A stretch of DNA of 64,000 nt from Candidatus Pelagibacterales bacterium (GTDB taxonomy: Bacteria > Pseudomonadota > Alphaproteobacteria > Pelagibacterales > Pelagibacteraceae), in NCBI GenBank assembly GCA_965235975.1, contig CBDDZZ010000002.1, forward strand, positions 208,202 through 272,201, in the 5' to 3' direction. This document shows positions 52,136-62,296 of this stretch, one piece after another. The notes beneath the pieces were generated by a model. The model saw nothing but the letters and a program-made list of their open reading frames with translations, made no database searches and was not told where the DNA came from. The position numbers and the translations under genes were made by a program. Positions within the stretch are counted from its first letter, which is position 1. Every line of letters begins with the position of its first letter.

Positions 52136-53005
52136 ATGGCTAAAGTTACTTTTTTAGGTCTTGGCGTAATGGGCTATCCAATGGCACGCCACATAGCAAA
52201 AGCAGGTCATGATGTTACGGTTTATAACCGAACAACTGCAAAAGCTGAAAAATGGGTTAAAGAATTTGGTGGAAAATTTGCAAAAACTCCAAAAGAGGCC
52301 AGTAAAGATTCTGATTTTATATTTTGCTGCGTTGGAAATGATAATGATTTAAAAGAAGTAACCTTAGGATCCGAGGGAGCATTTCATTCTATAAAAAAAG
52401 GCTCAGTATTTATTGATAACACTACTGCATCTGCAAAAATTGCTCGTGAACTATTTAAAGCTGCAAAAGAAAAAGGATTTGGTTTTTTAGATGCGCCCGT
52501 TTCTGGTGGCCAAGCTGGGGCAGAAAATGGTCAGTTAACAGTAATGATTGGTGGAGAAGATAAAGACTTTGAAAAAGCGCAAGATATCATTAAGTGCTAT
52601 AGCAAAAAAATGAAAGTATTAGGTCCTGCCGGAAGTGGTCAACTTGCAAAAATGGTTAATCAAATTTGTATCGTTGGACTAGTTCAGGGTTTATCTGAAG
52701 GAATCCGGTTTGGTCAAAATGCAGGCTTAAATATGGAAGATGTTATTGAAGTTATCTCCAAAGGTGCAGCTCAATCTTGGCAAATGGAGAATAGATATAA
52801 AACAATGATACAAGATAAATTTGATTTTGGTTTTGCAATTGACTGGATGAGAAAAGATTTAGGAATTGCCATGGAAGAGGCAAAAAATAATGGCTCTGAC
52901 CTTCCAATAACTAAAATTATCGATGGTTATTATTCTGATGTTCAAAAAAATGGTGGCAATCGATTTGATACATCAAGTTTAATTACTCGACTTAAAAAAA
53001 AATAA
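52136..53005 (+). CDS. Beta-hydroxyacid dehydrogenase (3-hydroxyisobutyrate / tartronate semialdehyde reductase family)
   Basis: FLGLGVMG, DAPVSGG, KMVNQ, KDL. Confidence 0.9.
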   Translation: MAKVTFLGLGVMGYPMARHIAKAGHDVTVYNRTTAKAEKWVKEFGGKFAKTPKEASKDSDFIFCCVGNDNDLKEVTLGSEGAFHSIKKGSVFIDNTTASAKIARELFKAAKEKGFGFLDAPVSGGQAGAENGQLTVMIGGEDKDFEKAQDIIKCYSKKMKVLGPAGSGQLAKMVNQICIVGLVQGLSEGIRFGQNAGLNMEDVIEVISKGAAQSWQMENRYKTMIQDKFDFGFAIDWMRKDLGIAMEEAKNNGSDLPITKIIDGYYSDVQKNGGNRFDTSSLITRLKKK

Positions 53006-53015
53006 ATTACTAAGA

Positions 53016-53624
53016 GTGATTAAGGATATTCCTGATTATTATAATAATATTAATTTAATATTAGATGAAATCTGGACTCTCTTACAAAGAGGTGTCGTTG
53101 ATAGAAATGAAGAGTTTAGGCTACCTGTTGTAATTGCTAATTCTCAAGAGGGAGCTGATGGTAGAATTGTGGTTCTACGAGGTGCTTTCAAAGATAAAAA
53201 TATTTTAAGATTCCATACTGATTATCGCTCACCAAAGATCGATTATCTAAAAAAAAATAATAAAATCTATTTCGTATTTTATAGCAAAAAAAGAAAAATA
53301 CAGGTTCGTGCTGAAGGAATTGCTACAATTCATAAAGATAATGAAATTACAAAACAAGCATGGACTAAAACGCAAATGATAAGTAGAAAATGTTACCTTT
53401 CGCCTCAAGCTCCTGGTGATTTAATTAATGAGGCTGCCTCTGATTTATCAAAAGATATAGGTAGTAATGTTCCAACTTTTGAACAAAGTGAGATTGGTTA
53501 TAAAAATTTTTGTGTGGTTGAGAGTAAAATTAAAATTTTTGAATGGCTTTATTTAGCGTCACAAGGTCATCGTCGAGCTAAATTTCTACTTGATGAAAAT
53601 AAAAGTAGTTGGCTAGTTCCTTAA
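53016..53624 (+). CDS. Pyridoxamine 5'-phosphate oxidase-related FMN-binding protein
   Basis: RIVVLR, FHTDYRSPK, QVR, WLYL..GHRRA, WLVP. Confidence 0.85.
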   Translation: MIKDIPDYYNNINLILDEIWTLLQRGVVDRNEEFRLPVVIANSQEGADGRIVVLRGAFKDKNILRFHTDYRSPKIDYLKKNNKIYFVFYSKKRKIQVRAEGIATIHKDNEITKQAWTKTQMISRKCYLSPQAPGDLINEAASDLSKDIGSNVPTFEQSEIGYKNFCVVESKIKIFEWLYLASQGHRRAKFLLDENKSSWLVP

Positions 53625-54139
53625 ATTTTTTTTAAATCTTTTACGTATCTCTTCCAATTATCTATATAACGCTGAGCATTTTCAGTGATTGCTTTTTTTT
53701 CTTCCTCAGTCACTTGTCTGACTACCTTTCCAGGACTTCCCATGACTAAAGAATTGTCTGGAATTATTTTTCCCTCAGTAATTAAACTATTGGCTCCAAT
53801 AATACAGTTATTACCAATGACACTATTATTTAAAATTGTTGATCCAATGCCAATCAAACTATTATCCATAATAGTACAACCATGTAACATCACTAAGTGA
53901 CCAACTGTTACCATCTTGCCAATTTTTAAAGGAAAACCTTTATCAGTATGTAGAACACAATTGTCCTGAACATTACTGCCCTCACCTAGAGTGATACTTT
54001 CAATGTCTCCCCGGATTACAGCATTAAACCAAACACTAGAGTCATTTTTTAAAATGACATCACCAATTACATTTGCATTTGGCGCAATCCAATATTTTCC
54101 CTCACCTTTTAATCTTTTATTACCCAGTTCAAAAATCAT
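53621..54139 (-). CDS. Gamma carbonic anhydrase family protein
   Basis: IGDV, IRGD, SNVQDNCVLH, VGHLVMLHGC. Confidence 0.93.
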   Translation of the reverse strand: MIFELGNKRLKGEGKYWIAPNANVIGDVILKNDSSVWFNAVIRGDIESITLGEGSNVQDNCVLHTDKGFPLKIGKMVTVGHLVMLHGCTIMDNSLIGIGSTILNNSVIGNNCIIGANSLITEGKIIPDNSLVMGSPGKVVRQVTEEEKKAITENAQRYIDNWKRYVKDLKKI

Positions 54140-54180
54140 GTTATATTCATAACAAATATTCTAAATAGTAAAATAGAATT

Positions 54181-54735
54181 ATGTCTCTTACAGAAACGCC
54201 AATATGCAATTTTGGAGAAAAAATAAAAGAATTTAAATTAATATCAACTGAAGACACATTTATTTCACTTAAAGATATCAAGGGTCAAAATGGAACTTTA
54301 GTTATGTTCATTTGTAACCACTGTCCTTATGTAAAAGCTGTAATAAAAGAATTAGTTGATATTACTAATAAACTGTCAAAAATTGGCGTTAATTCAGTCG
54401 CAATAATGTCAAATGATGTAAATAATTATCCTGAAGATAGTTTTGAAAATATGAAAAAATTTGCAAAAATAAATAATTTTAAATTTCCATACTTGTACGA
54501 TGAAACTCAAAAAATTGCCCAAAATTATGGTGCAGTATGTACTCCTGATTTTTTTGGATATAATAAAAATAATGAACTGCAATATCGCGGCAGAGTTAGA
54601 GAAATGAAAAATCTTAAACCAATATTAGATGGCAAAAATGATCTTTTAAATGCAATGGAATTAATTGCTAAGACTTCAAATGGACCAGAGCAACAATTTC
54701 CTAGTATGGGCTGCAATATTAAATGGAAAAAATAA
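54181..54735 (+). CDS. Thioredoxin-fold (AhpC/TSA-like) protein
   Basis: FICNHCPYV, YPEDS, GAVCTPDFF, SMGCNIKW. Confidence 0.9.
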   Translation: MSLTETPICNFGEKIKEFKLISTEDTFISLKDIKGQNGTLVMFICNHCPYVKAVIKELVDITNKLSKIGVNSVAIMSNDVNNYPEDSFENMKKFAKINNFKFPYLYDETQKIAQNYGAVCTPDFFGYNKNNELQYRGRVREMKNLKPILDGKNDLLNAMELIAKTSNGPEQQFPSMGCNIKWKK

Positions 54736-54739
54736 TTTA

Positions 54740-55840
54740 ATGATTGTTATAATAACTAGAAGTTTTCCTCCTGAACTTGGTGGTATGCAAAGTTTAATGG
54801 GAGGTCTTGCAATACATTTAAATGCTCTTCACCCTATTAAAGTATTAGCAGACTCATTCTCAGGCGATCAAGACTATGACAAAAAAAATAATTTTGAAAC
54901 AAACAGAATGGGCGGTCTAAAAATATTAAAAAAATATAGAAAATTTAATCTTTTAAAAGAAATTATCAAAAATAATCCAATTAAAGCTATAGTTGCTGAT
55001 CACTGGAAAAGCATTGAATTAATTACTAATAATATATCAGATAAGATTCCAATTTTATGTCTTATCCACGGCAAAGAAATTAATCATCCATTTAAGTCTT
55101 TAATAAATAGAAGATCTATTAATGCGTTAGCAAAAACTAAATATATTATTGCAAATTCAGAATTTACAAAAAATTTAGCGGCTGAAAAAGGTTGTGAAGG
55201 TAATAAAGATCCATGTGATAAATCCTGGTATTAATGAGCCACAGAGCCATTAGCTCTAGAGGCAAATCGACAAGCTGAAGAAATCTTTACAAATTCTGAT
55301 ATTAAAATCATCACTGTCTCAAGATTTGATAAAAGAAAAGGAATTGATTTTTCTTTATTAGCTTTAAAAAATATCCAATCGATTTATCCAAATTTTAAAT
55401 ATGTAATAGTTGGAAGTGGGGATGAAGAAGAAAATCTAAAGAAAACTGCTAAAAATTTAAACTTAGAAAAAAATGTAACATTTCTAAAAAATATAAGCTT
55501 AGAATTAAAGAATGCTCTAATTAAAAATTCTAATATTTTTTTAATGCCTGCAAGAATTGAGGGAACTTCCGTGGAGGGTTTTGGAATTAGTTATATTGAA
55601 GCTGCAAGTTATGGAATTCCATCTATTGCTGGAAAAGACGGCGGAGCTCCAGATGCAGTCAAACATAATCAAACTGGTTTATTATGTAATGGATATGACC
55701 ACGCTGAAATTTATGATGCTTTAAAAAATATGATTGAAAATAGAAAATATTTAGAACTAGGAAAGAATGCAAAAGAATTCGCTAAACAATTTTACTGGAA
55801 AGAAATAATTAAAAAATATGCCAATCTTCTTAATTTATAA
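54740..55840 (+). CDS. Glycosyltransferase family 4; indels near 55205-55255
   Basis: FPPELGGMQ, HGKE, ANSEFT, VSRFDKRKG, EGFGISYIEA, GGAPDAV across frames. Confidence 0.85.
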
Positions 55841-56741
55841 TAGAACTTTTAATTAAAGCATAAACTCTATCAGCAAAAAGTAATTTTAAATCCATAGTCT
55901 GAAGTGCGATAAACTTTTCTCTCTCAATGGAGACTTTATCAGGAGTGGTGTGAGGACCAAATAACGCAAAGCCTTTAGCACCAAGATGAGCTGCCATATG
56001 TGCTGGCCCTGTATCATTTGCAATAACAAGATGTGATTTTTTTATTAGTGATGCAAGTTCAAAAAAGTTTAATGCTAAATTATTATTTAAAGCTATTTTA
56101 ATATTAAAATTTTTAGCCTCAACTATTTCATTTGGTCCCGGCGCAACTACTAGTTCATATTGGGGATGGTTTTGTTTTATTAAATTTATAAGCTCAGAAA
56201 AATATGGCCATCGTTTATGAGGCAAATCTTTTGAACAGAAAGGAAAAAATAAAATATATTTTTTATCGGTATTAAAATTATAGTTATTAGCCTTCTCGGC
56301 TGCCCAGCTAAAATCTGGCTTTAAAGTGTAACAAGTTTTTATATTAGATTTTCTTAATTGATCATCAAATCTTTGTAATACAGAATTGTTATATTTATTT
56401 TCCAAAATATCTTTAGAAGAAGACCAATGCTCAATATTAAAAATAAATTTTCTATAAAAATTAGTTCTATTTGAATTTTGTAAATCATAAACTTTGGTAA
56501 AGTTTGAAGAGTTTATAATTTTTCTTAATTTTAAAAGATAAAATATATTATATCTTGGAAGCCTTTCATCCTCTAAACAATCGTCTACATAAGGACAATT
56601 TTTAAATAAATCTAAATATTTAGAAGTAGTTAAAATTGTAATTTTTTCATTCTTATGATGTTCTCTTATGTCTTTTAAAGCTCCAGATATTTGAACAACG
56701 TCTCCAAGAGAGCCAAGTTTTATTATTAAAATATTTGACAT
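55830..56741 (-). CDS. Glycosyltransferase family 9 (LPS heptosyltransferase-like)
   Basis: IKLGSLGD, YDLQ, HKRWP, NDTGPAHMAA. Confidence 0.92.
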   Translation of the reverse strand: MSNILIIKLGSLGDVVQISGALKDIREHHKNEKITILTTSKYLDLFKNCPYVDDCLEDERLPRYNIFYLLKLRKIINSSNFTKVYDLQNSNRTNFYRKFIFNIEHWSSSKDILENKYNNSVLQRFDDQLRKSNIKTCYTLKPDFSWAAEKANNYNFNTDKKYILFFPFCSKDLPHKRWPYFSELINLIKQNHPQYELVVAPGPNEIVEAKNFNIKIALNNNLALNFFELASLIKKSHLVIANDTGPAHMAAHLGAKGFALFGPHTTPDKVSIEREKFIALQTMDLKLLFADRVYALIKSSIIN

Positions 56742-56770
56742 ATATTATAAAAGAACATTATTGATTAATT

Positions 56771-57169
56771 ATGAAAATTACAAAAAAAATTTATTCAGAA
56801 TTATCAGCTGGTGAGTTATTTGATAAAATCTCAATTCTTGAGATAAAAAAAAATAAAATTAAAGATAAAGATAAAAGAAATATTGTCTTAAAAGAACTTA
56901 GTTCCCTGCAAGAAACTGCTTCTGAAAATATTAAAAAATCAAAATCAATTACAAAATTATACAAAAAGCTTAAATTTATTAATCTTAAACTGTGGAAAAT
57001 TGAGGATGATATTAGAGATTGTGAGAGAAAAAGAAATTTTGGGGACAAGTTTATAAAACTAGCAAGAGCAGTTTATTTTACTAACGATGAAAGATCACTT
57101 GTTAAAAATAAGATTAACAAATTAACAAAATCAAATATTTCTGAAGTAAAAAGCTATAAGAAATATTAA
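56771..57169 (+). CDS. DUF6165-like protein
   Basis: SAGELFDKISILEIK, LWKIEDDIR, LARAVYFTNDER, EVKSY. Confidence 0.8.
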   Translation: MKITKKIYSELSAGELFDKISILEIKKNKIKDKDKRNIVLKELSSLQETASENIKKSKSITKLYKKLKFINLKLWKIEDDIRDCERKRNFGDKFIKLARAVYFTNDERSLVKNKINKLTKSNISEVKSYKKY

Positions 57170-57965
57170 TTAGATTTAAGACTTGGAATTATAGCTCTTA
57201 ATTTTTTTGGAAGGTTTTCATCTATTCTTGCAATAATAAAGCCCTCTCCCTTTTCTTTTTCTTTTAATATTTCACCATCAGGTGAAATAATTAAAGAATG
57301 GCCGTATGTTAATCTATTATTGTAATGTTTTCCCGTTTGTGCGGCAGCAAATATATAAGAAAAATTTTCAATAGCCCTAGCTTTCAAGTAAAGTATGCCA
57401 ATGTTTTTCTCCTGTTGTTTTTGTAAAAGCTGAAGGAACTGTAATAAAAATTGCTCCTTTTTTTGCAAGCTCTCTATATAAATTTGGAAAACGAACATCG
57501 TAACAAATACTAAAACCTAGTAAACCCCAAGGTAATTTTGCTAAAACTTTTTTTTTACCTGCTAAAAATTTTTTTAGACTCTTCATACCTTTCCTTATTT
57601 GAAAGTTTAACATCGAACATATGAATTTTATCATAGTAGTTTGCAATTTTTCCATTTGGATTAAAAAGTACAGATCTATTAGCTAATAATTTTCTAGATA
57701 ACTTTATCGGTAATGATCCAATTAAAATCCACTTTTTATAACTTTTTGAAATTTTACTTATAGATTCTAAAAAAAAATTATTATTCATCTTTTCTGTTTT
57801 TTCTAAAAGTTCACTATGATCTAATGTAAATAATGATGTATTTTCTGGAGTAATAATTAAATCAGCTTTCTTCTTAATAGAATTAATTATTAAATCTGTT
57901 GTTTTTTCTAAATTAGAAAAAACATTATTGTCTGAGGTGAGTTGAATACATGAAACGTTAAACAT
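57166..57965 (-). CDS. Carbon-nitrogen hydrolase (Nit1-like); two frameshifts, probably errors
   Basis: TPEN, YDKIHMFDV, ICYDVRFP, PSAFT..TGEKHW, ARAIEN, YGHS across three ORFs. Confidence 0.9.
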
Positions 57966-57978
57966 AATTTATAATATT

Positions 57979-58055
57979 TGGTAGCGGGAAGTGGGATCGA
58001 ACCACCGACCTCAGGCTTATGAGTCCTGCGCTCTAACCAACTGAGCTACCCCGCC
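57979..58055 (-). tRNA. tRNA-Met(CAT), elongator type
   Basis: GGCGGGGTAGCTCAGTTGGTTAGAGCGCAGGACTCATAAGCCTG...CCCGCTACCA; no initiator GGG/CCC anticodon stem. Confidence 0.9.
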
Positions 58056-58102
58056 ATAACTGGTCTTCTACCAATAAACATTTCATCCAGCAAGTTTACA
58101 AT

Positions 58103-58529
58103 CTACTTTTCGCCAATAATATGCAGAAAAACTTTTCTTATCTGTTGTTCGATTCTATGTTCGAATAAATATATCCCCTGCCAAGTCCCAAGGATTAATT
58201 TATTATTTTTTATGCTCAAAGTTAAATTACTATTAGTCAAAGACGACTTGATATGTGCTGGCATATCATCTTTTCCTTCCGTATTATGAATATATAAATC
58301 CTTATCCATTGGTACTAACTTATCGTAAAAAGTTAAGATGTCTCTTTGAACATCGTCATCGGCATTTTCTTGAACAATTAATGAAGCGCTTGTATGTAAG
58401 ATTGAAATATTTAAAATTCCATTTGAAATCTTTAGAGCGATCTGTAAAATTTAATATTTTTTCTGTAATTTTAATTAATTTATTACCGTTTGTTTTAATG
58501 CTTAATTCCTCAAATAATTGAGTAAACAT
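58103..58529 (-). CDS. yjbQ: YjbQ (UPF0047) family protein; +1 insertion near 58433
   Basis: HTSASLIVQENAD, HNTEGKDDMPAHIKS, LGTWQGIYLFEHR. Confidence 0.9.
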
Positions 58530-58553
58530 TTAATGTTTATTAAAAATTTGTGA

Positions 58554-58745
58554 TTATTTTATTAATGTTAAAGCTAAACCTACGATAAGACAAAAAATTA
58601 GAGCTACAATAATTCTATTATGGATTTTTTTATCGTACCTATCTCTTGAATTTTTCTCCAGAACTAAAGTTCTAATATCAGCTTTATTTTTCTTATCAAA
58701 ATCAGATCGGTAAAAAACTTCTGAATTGTCTTTAAAAATACCCAT
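58554..58745 (-). CDS. Hypothetical small protein with a C-terminal TM helix
   Basis: 63-aa ORF ending IIVALIFCLIVGLALTLIK. Confidence 0.55.
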   Translation of the reverse strand: MGIFKDNSEVFYRSDFDKKNKADIRTLVLEKNSRDRYDKKIHNRIIVALIFCLIVGLALTLIK

Positions 58746-58854
58746 GACCGCTGTTAAATCATAACTGTGTAAAAAATCAATTTTTATCTAAAAACGCTCT
58801 TGTCTTTGCTTTTGGTTTTGATAATTAATTTAGATACAAACTTTTAATAAAAAC

Positions 58855-58938
58855 ATGGGATACCCAAAAAAACATAGAGGTCGAAGAAAAGTTGGCTCAA
58901 AAATAAGAAGAAATAGAAGAAGAAATAAAAAGAAATAG
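58855..58938 (+). CDS. Unannotated 27-aa Arg/Lys-rich protein
   Basis: MGYPKKHRGRRKVGSKIRRNRRRNKKK*; ends 6 nt from the convergent mnmA stop. Confidence 0.65.
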   Translation: MGYPKKHRGRRKVGSKIRRNRRRNKKK

Positions 58939-58944
58939 TTTCTT

Positions 58945-60082
58945 TTACTCTGTAGCTCTTATCCAGCCACCTCCAAGAACTCTCACGCCTAATTGGTCAG
59001 GCTTATAAAATACACAAGCCTGCCCCGGAGATACCCCAAACTCACTTTTTTCAAAAGTGATCATTCCAGTTTTAACATCAAGCTTTGACTCTATAAGTTT
59101 TCCAGTAGATCTAACTTTAACAAATATACTCTCATTAAAATCATTATTCTTATCTGAGAGATAATTAATATCTTCAACCCTTAATTTTTTAATTTCTAAT
59201 TCTTCTTTTTTTCCAATGATCACTTCTTTTGTTTTAGGATTAATTTTAATTACATAATAAGGAATTTCTCCAGAAATCTTTATTCCTTTTCTTTGTCCAA
59301 TAGTGAAATTAATAATTCCCTCATGTTTTCCTAAAACATTTCCCTTGGTATCAATTATATTTCCAGGTTCATGGGCCTCTGGTCTTAAACGTTCAATAAC
59401 AGAAACATAATTACCATTAGGTACAAAACAAATATCTTGGCTATCTGGTTTATCAGCAACTTCTAAATTTAGTTTTTTTGCAATATTTCGTGTCTCTTCT
59501 TTTGGCAGATCCCCTAAGAGGAAAATGTAAGTAATTAAGTTGCTCCTGCGTTGTTGCGAATAAAAAATAAGTTTGATCACGATTTAAATCCTTAGGTCTG
59601 TACATTTTAGATATTTTATTATCTATAATTTTTTTTACATAATGACCGGTAATTAATGCATCCGCCTTTAGGTTTTTAGCTGACTCAAATAAATCCCTAA
59701 ACTTGACGGTTTGATTACAATTTACACAAGGAATAGGCGTTTCTCCTCTTAGATAAGAATCTGCAAACTTTTCTATAACTTCACTCTTAAATTTACTTTC
59801 ATAATTTAGAACATAATGATCAATTTCTAATTTTTCCGAAACTCTCTTTGCATCATAAATATCTTGCCCAGCACAACATGTTCCTGGTTTTTTATTAATT
59901 TGTGCATAATCATAAAGTTGCAAAGTCATACCAATTACTTGATAACCACTCATTTTCATCAAACCTGCGACAACGGAAGAATCAACACCACCCGACATGG
60001 CAACAACAACTTTTGTCTCACTCGGTGGTTTATCTAATCCTAATAAATTATTATTAGATTTTGTTTTAAGTAAAGTTGTCAT
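58945..60082 (-). CDS. mnmA: tRNA 2-thiouridylase MnmA; +1 insertion near 59518, probably an error
   Basis: [52 protein letters not shown]. Confidence 0.95.
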
Positions 60083-60134
60083 AGTAATATTTAGAAACTA
60101 TTACATTAAAGAAATAAATAAGTATAAATAAAAA

Positions 60135-60312
60135 ATGATTTTTGATTACGAACCAGGAGACTATGTTATCAATCCTAAAAATAAAGGAATGGGGAACTGG
60201 CCAAATCCAATCCATTATTAAAAACGTAGTAACAGTAAATTTTGAAAATGCTGGAAAAAAAACAATTATAGCTGATGTGGTTTTATTAGAAAAAATAAAT
60301 GTTAAAAATTAA
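60135..60312 (+). CDS. DUF3553-like small protein; +1 insertion near 60186
   Basis: MIFDYEPGDYVINPKNK/EWGTGQIQSIIKNVVTVNFENAGKKTI. Confidence 0.75.
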
Positions 60313-61078
60313 TTTAAAAAAAATAACAGAAGATCTAATCCCAAGTTTTTATACAGCTGGCAAGGAAAGTATTAAACTTTCAGGAAAAAATCTAAAAATT
60401 ACGATAAAAAAGGATAACACCCCTGTTACGAACGGAGACTTGACGGTAGATAAAATACTACAAGATACAATCACTAAGCTTACTCCTAATATACAAATAG
60501 TTTCTGAAGAAAATGTAAGTGAAATAAAGAAATTTGATAATACCAATTTCTGGCTAATTGACCCAATTGATGGAACTCGTGAATATATTAAAAATAAAAA
60601 TGAATACACTTTAAATGCTGCTCTAATTTTAAATAAAAAACCTGTTCTTGGAATAATTTATGCTCCAAAACTTAAAAGATTATTTTATTCATTTGGAAAA
60701 AATGATGCCTATGAAATTAATAAAAATTTAAAAACTAAATTAAACTGTAAAAAATTAACAAAAAAAAATGAAATTTTAGCCTTATCCAATAGCTCAACTC
60801 CCTCTGATATTATTTTAAATATTCACCAAAAATATAATGTTACAAGATATGTTAAATGCTCTAGTTCATTAAAATTTTGTCTTATTGCAGCTGGTGAGTT
60901 TGATATTTATGCAGCAAGAGCTAGAGCGAAAGAATGGGATATAGCTGCAGGGCATGCAATTGCTGAACATGCCGGAGCTATACTAACTACTTTTTCTGGG
61001 AAAAAAATTATTTACGGAAAAAAAGATTTTGCAAATCCAGCGTTACTATTAAAAAGATCTAATAATCTGATGAAATAA
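60299..61078 (+). CDS. cysQ: 3'(2'),5'-bisphosphate nucleotidase CysQ
   Basis: TPVTNGD, SEE, WLIDPIDGTREY, SSLKFC, EWDIAAG. Confidence 0.93.
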   Translation: MLKINLKKITEDLIPSFYTAGKESIKLSGKNLKITIKKDNTPVTNGDLTVDKILQDTITKLTPNIQIVSEENVSEIKKFDNTNFWLIDPIDGTREYIKNKNEYTLNAALILNKKPVLGIIYAPKLKRLFYSFGKNDAYEINKNLKTKLNCKKLTKKNEILALSNSSTPSDIILNIHQKYNVTRYVKCSSSLKFCLIAAGEFDIYAARARAKEWDIAAGHAIAEHAGAILTTFSGKKIIYGKKDFANPALLLKRSNNLMK

Positions 61079-61121
61079 TTATTCCCTTTTAAAGCGAATT
61101 TACTTAAAATAATATTTTTAT

Positions 61122-61571
61122 ATGAAAAAATTGTTTCTAATACTTTCATTATTATTATTAAATTCGTGTGGAAGTTTAATTTCAGCAAGCTTAACGGAAA
61201 CATTATTCAATCCATCTTCAATTGCTTCAAGTCTTATTGATTATGGAATAAAAAAACATACTGGAAAAAAAATGTCTGAACACGCGCTATCAATAGTAAC
61301 AGACAAAGATTGTGAGATTAATATTGAAAATTTAAATAAACCTCAGTCATTCTGCAAAAATAAAGAAATTGTAGAAAATAATAAAACAACTTCAAAAATT
61401 GAAGCTTCATTACAAACACGCAATAATAAAACATCTTTAGCTTTAATCGCGCCAAAACTAAAAACGATTTCTTCTGAAAAACCTTCAACTTCTAATGAAG
61501 TATATTTATTATCTTTAAATGAAGTTTTGCATAAAGACTTTAATTCCTTTGGAATTAGAAGATCTAATTAA
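61122..61571 (+). CDS. Hypothetical lipoprotein
   Basis: Signal peptide with lipobox LNSC; TGKKMSEHALS..DKDC segment. Confidence 0.7.
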   Translation: MKKLFLILSLLLLNSCGSLISASLTETLFNPSSIASSLIDYGIKKHTGKKMSEHALSIVTDKDCEINIENLNKPQSFCKNKEIVENNKTTSKIEASLQTRNNKTSLALIAPKLKTISSEKPSTSNEVYLLSLNEVLHKDFNSFGIRRSN

Positions 61572-61582
61572 TTTCATTTTAA

Positions 61583-61741
61583 ATGAAAACCGACATAGCG
61601 TTAATAATTATTAGTTTTACTTCTTTATTTGGAGTTATTCTTTTTTTTCTAGTTTCAAATATTCTTAAAAAAAAAATTGATGAATTAGTTTTAAGTGAAA
61701 AATTAAAAAAAAAAACTAAATCTTCTTCTCGAAAATCTTAA
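61583..61741 (+). CDS. Unannotated 52-aa single-TM protein
   Basis: MKTDIALIIISFTSLFGVILFFLVSNILKKKIDELVLSEKLKKKTKSSSRKS*. Confidence 0.5.
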   Translation: MKTDIALIIISFTSLFGVILFFLVSNILKKKIDELVLSEKLKKKTKSSSRKS

Positions 61742-62276
61742 GTTCTTTTTTATCTAAACCTAGGACATTTTTAGAGGTGGCATAACTAAATCCTGCTCTT
61801 GCAAGAACCCCTGTATCTTTAGTATAAAAAATCTCTCTATTTGCATCTGGACGGTAAGGTCCTATTCTTCTTCTTCGACAAACTCTTATTGCTGCGTAAA
61901 AATCAGGATCAACATTATCTTTTTGAATATCATTCATTGTTTTCTTTAACAAATCTCCATCAATTCCTTTTTGAGCTAAATTCATTCTAATTTTGTTCAA
62001 AGAATAGCCTTTTTTTAAATAATTCTTCGATTTGATTTCAGAATAAATTGTATCATTTATAACTCCTATTCTCTCAAGGTTTTCAATGACCATGTCGATT
62101 TCTCCTAAAATACTTTCTTTATCTTTATTTAAATAATCTGTATCCAGCACTTTTCTGTACAAATAAAACCTGAGATCTTTTTTGGAGGGTTGGTATTTAT
62201 CAAGATATTTTAAAGACAACTCTTTAATATCTTCTTTGCTATTTATTGATTGTTTTGCAGATTTATTAAATCTCAT
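61716..62276 (-). CDS. recX: Regulatory protein RecX
   Basis: YLDKY, GVIND, KGYSLNKIRMNLAQKGI, RRRRIGPYR, LARAGFSY. Confidence 0.88.
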   Translation of the reverse strand: MRFNKSAKQSINSKEDIKELSLKYLDKYQPSKKDLRFYLYRKVLDTDYLNKDKESILGEIDMVIENLERIGVINDTIYSEIKSKNYLKKGYSLNKIRMNLAQKGIDGDLLKKTMNDIQKDNVDPDFYAAIRVCRRRRIGPYRPDANREIFYTKDTGVLARAGFSYATSKNVLGLDKKELKIFEKKI

Positions 62277-62296
62277 ATAATAATCGTTACTAACAC

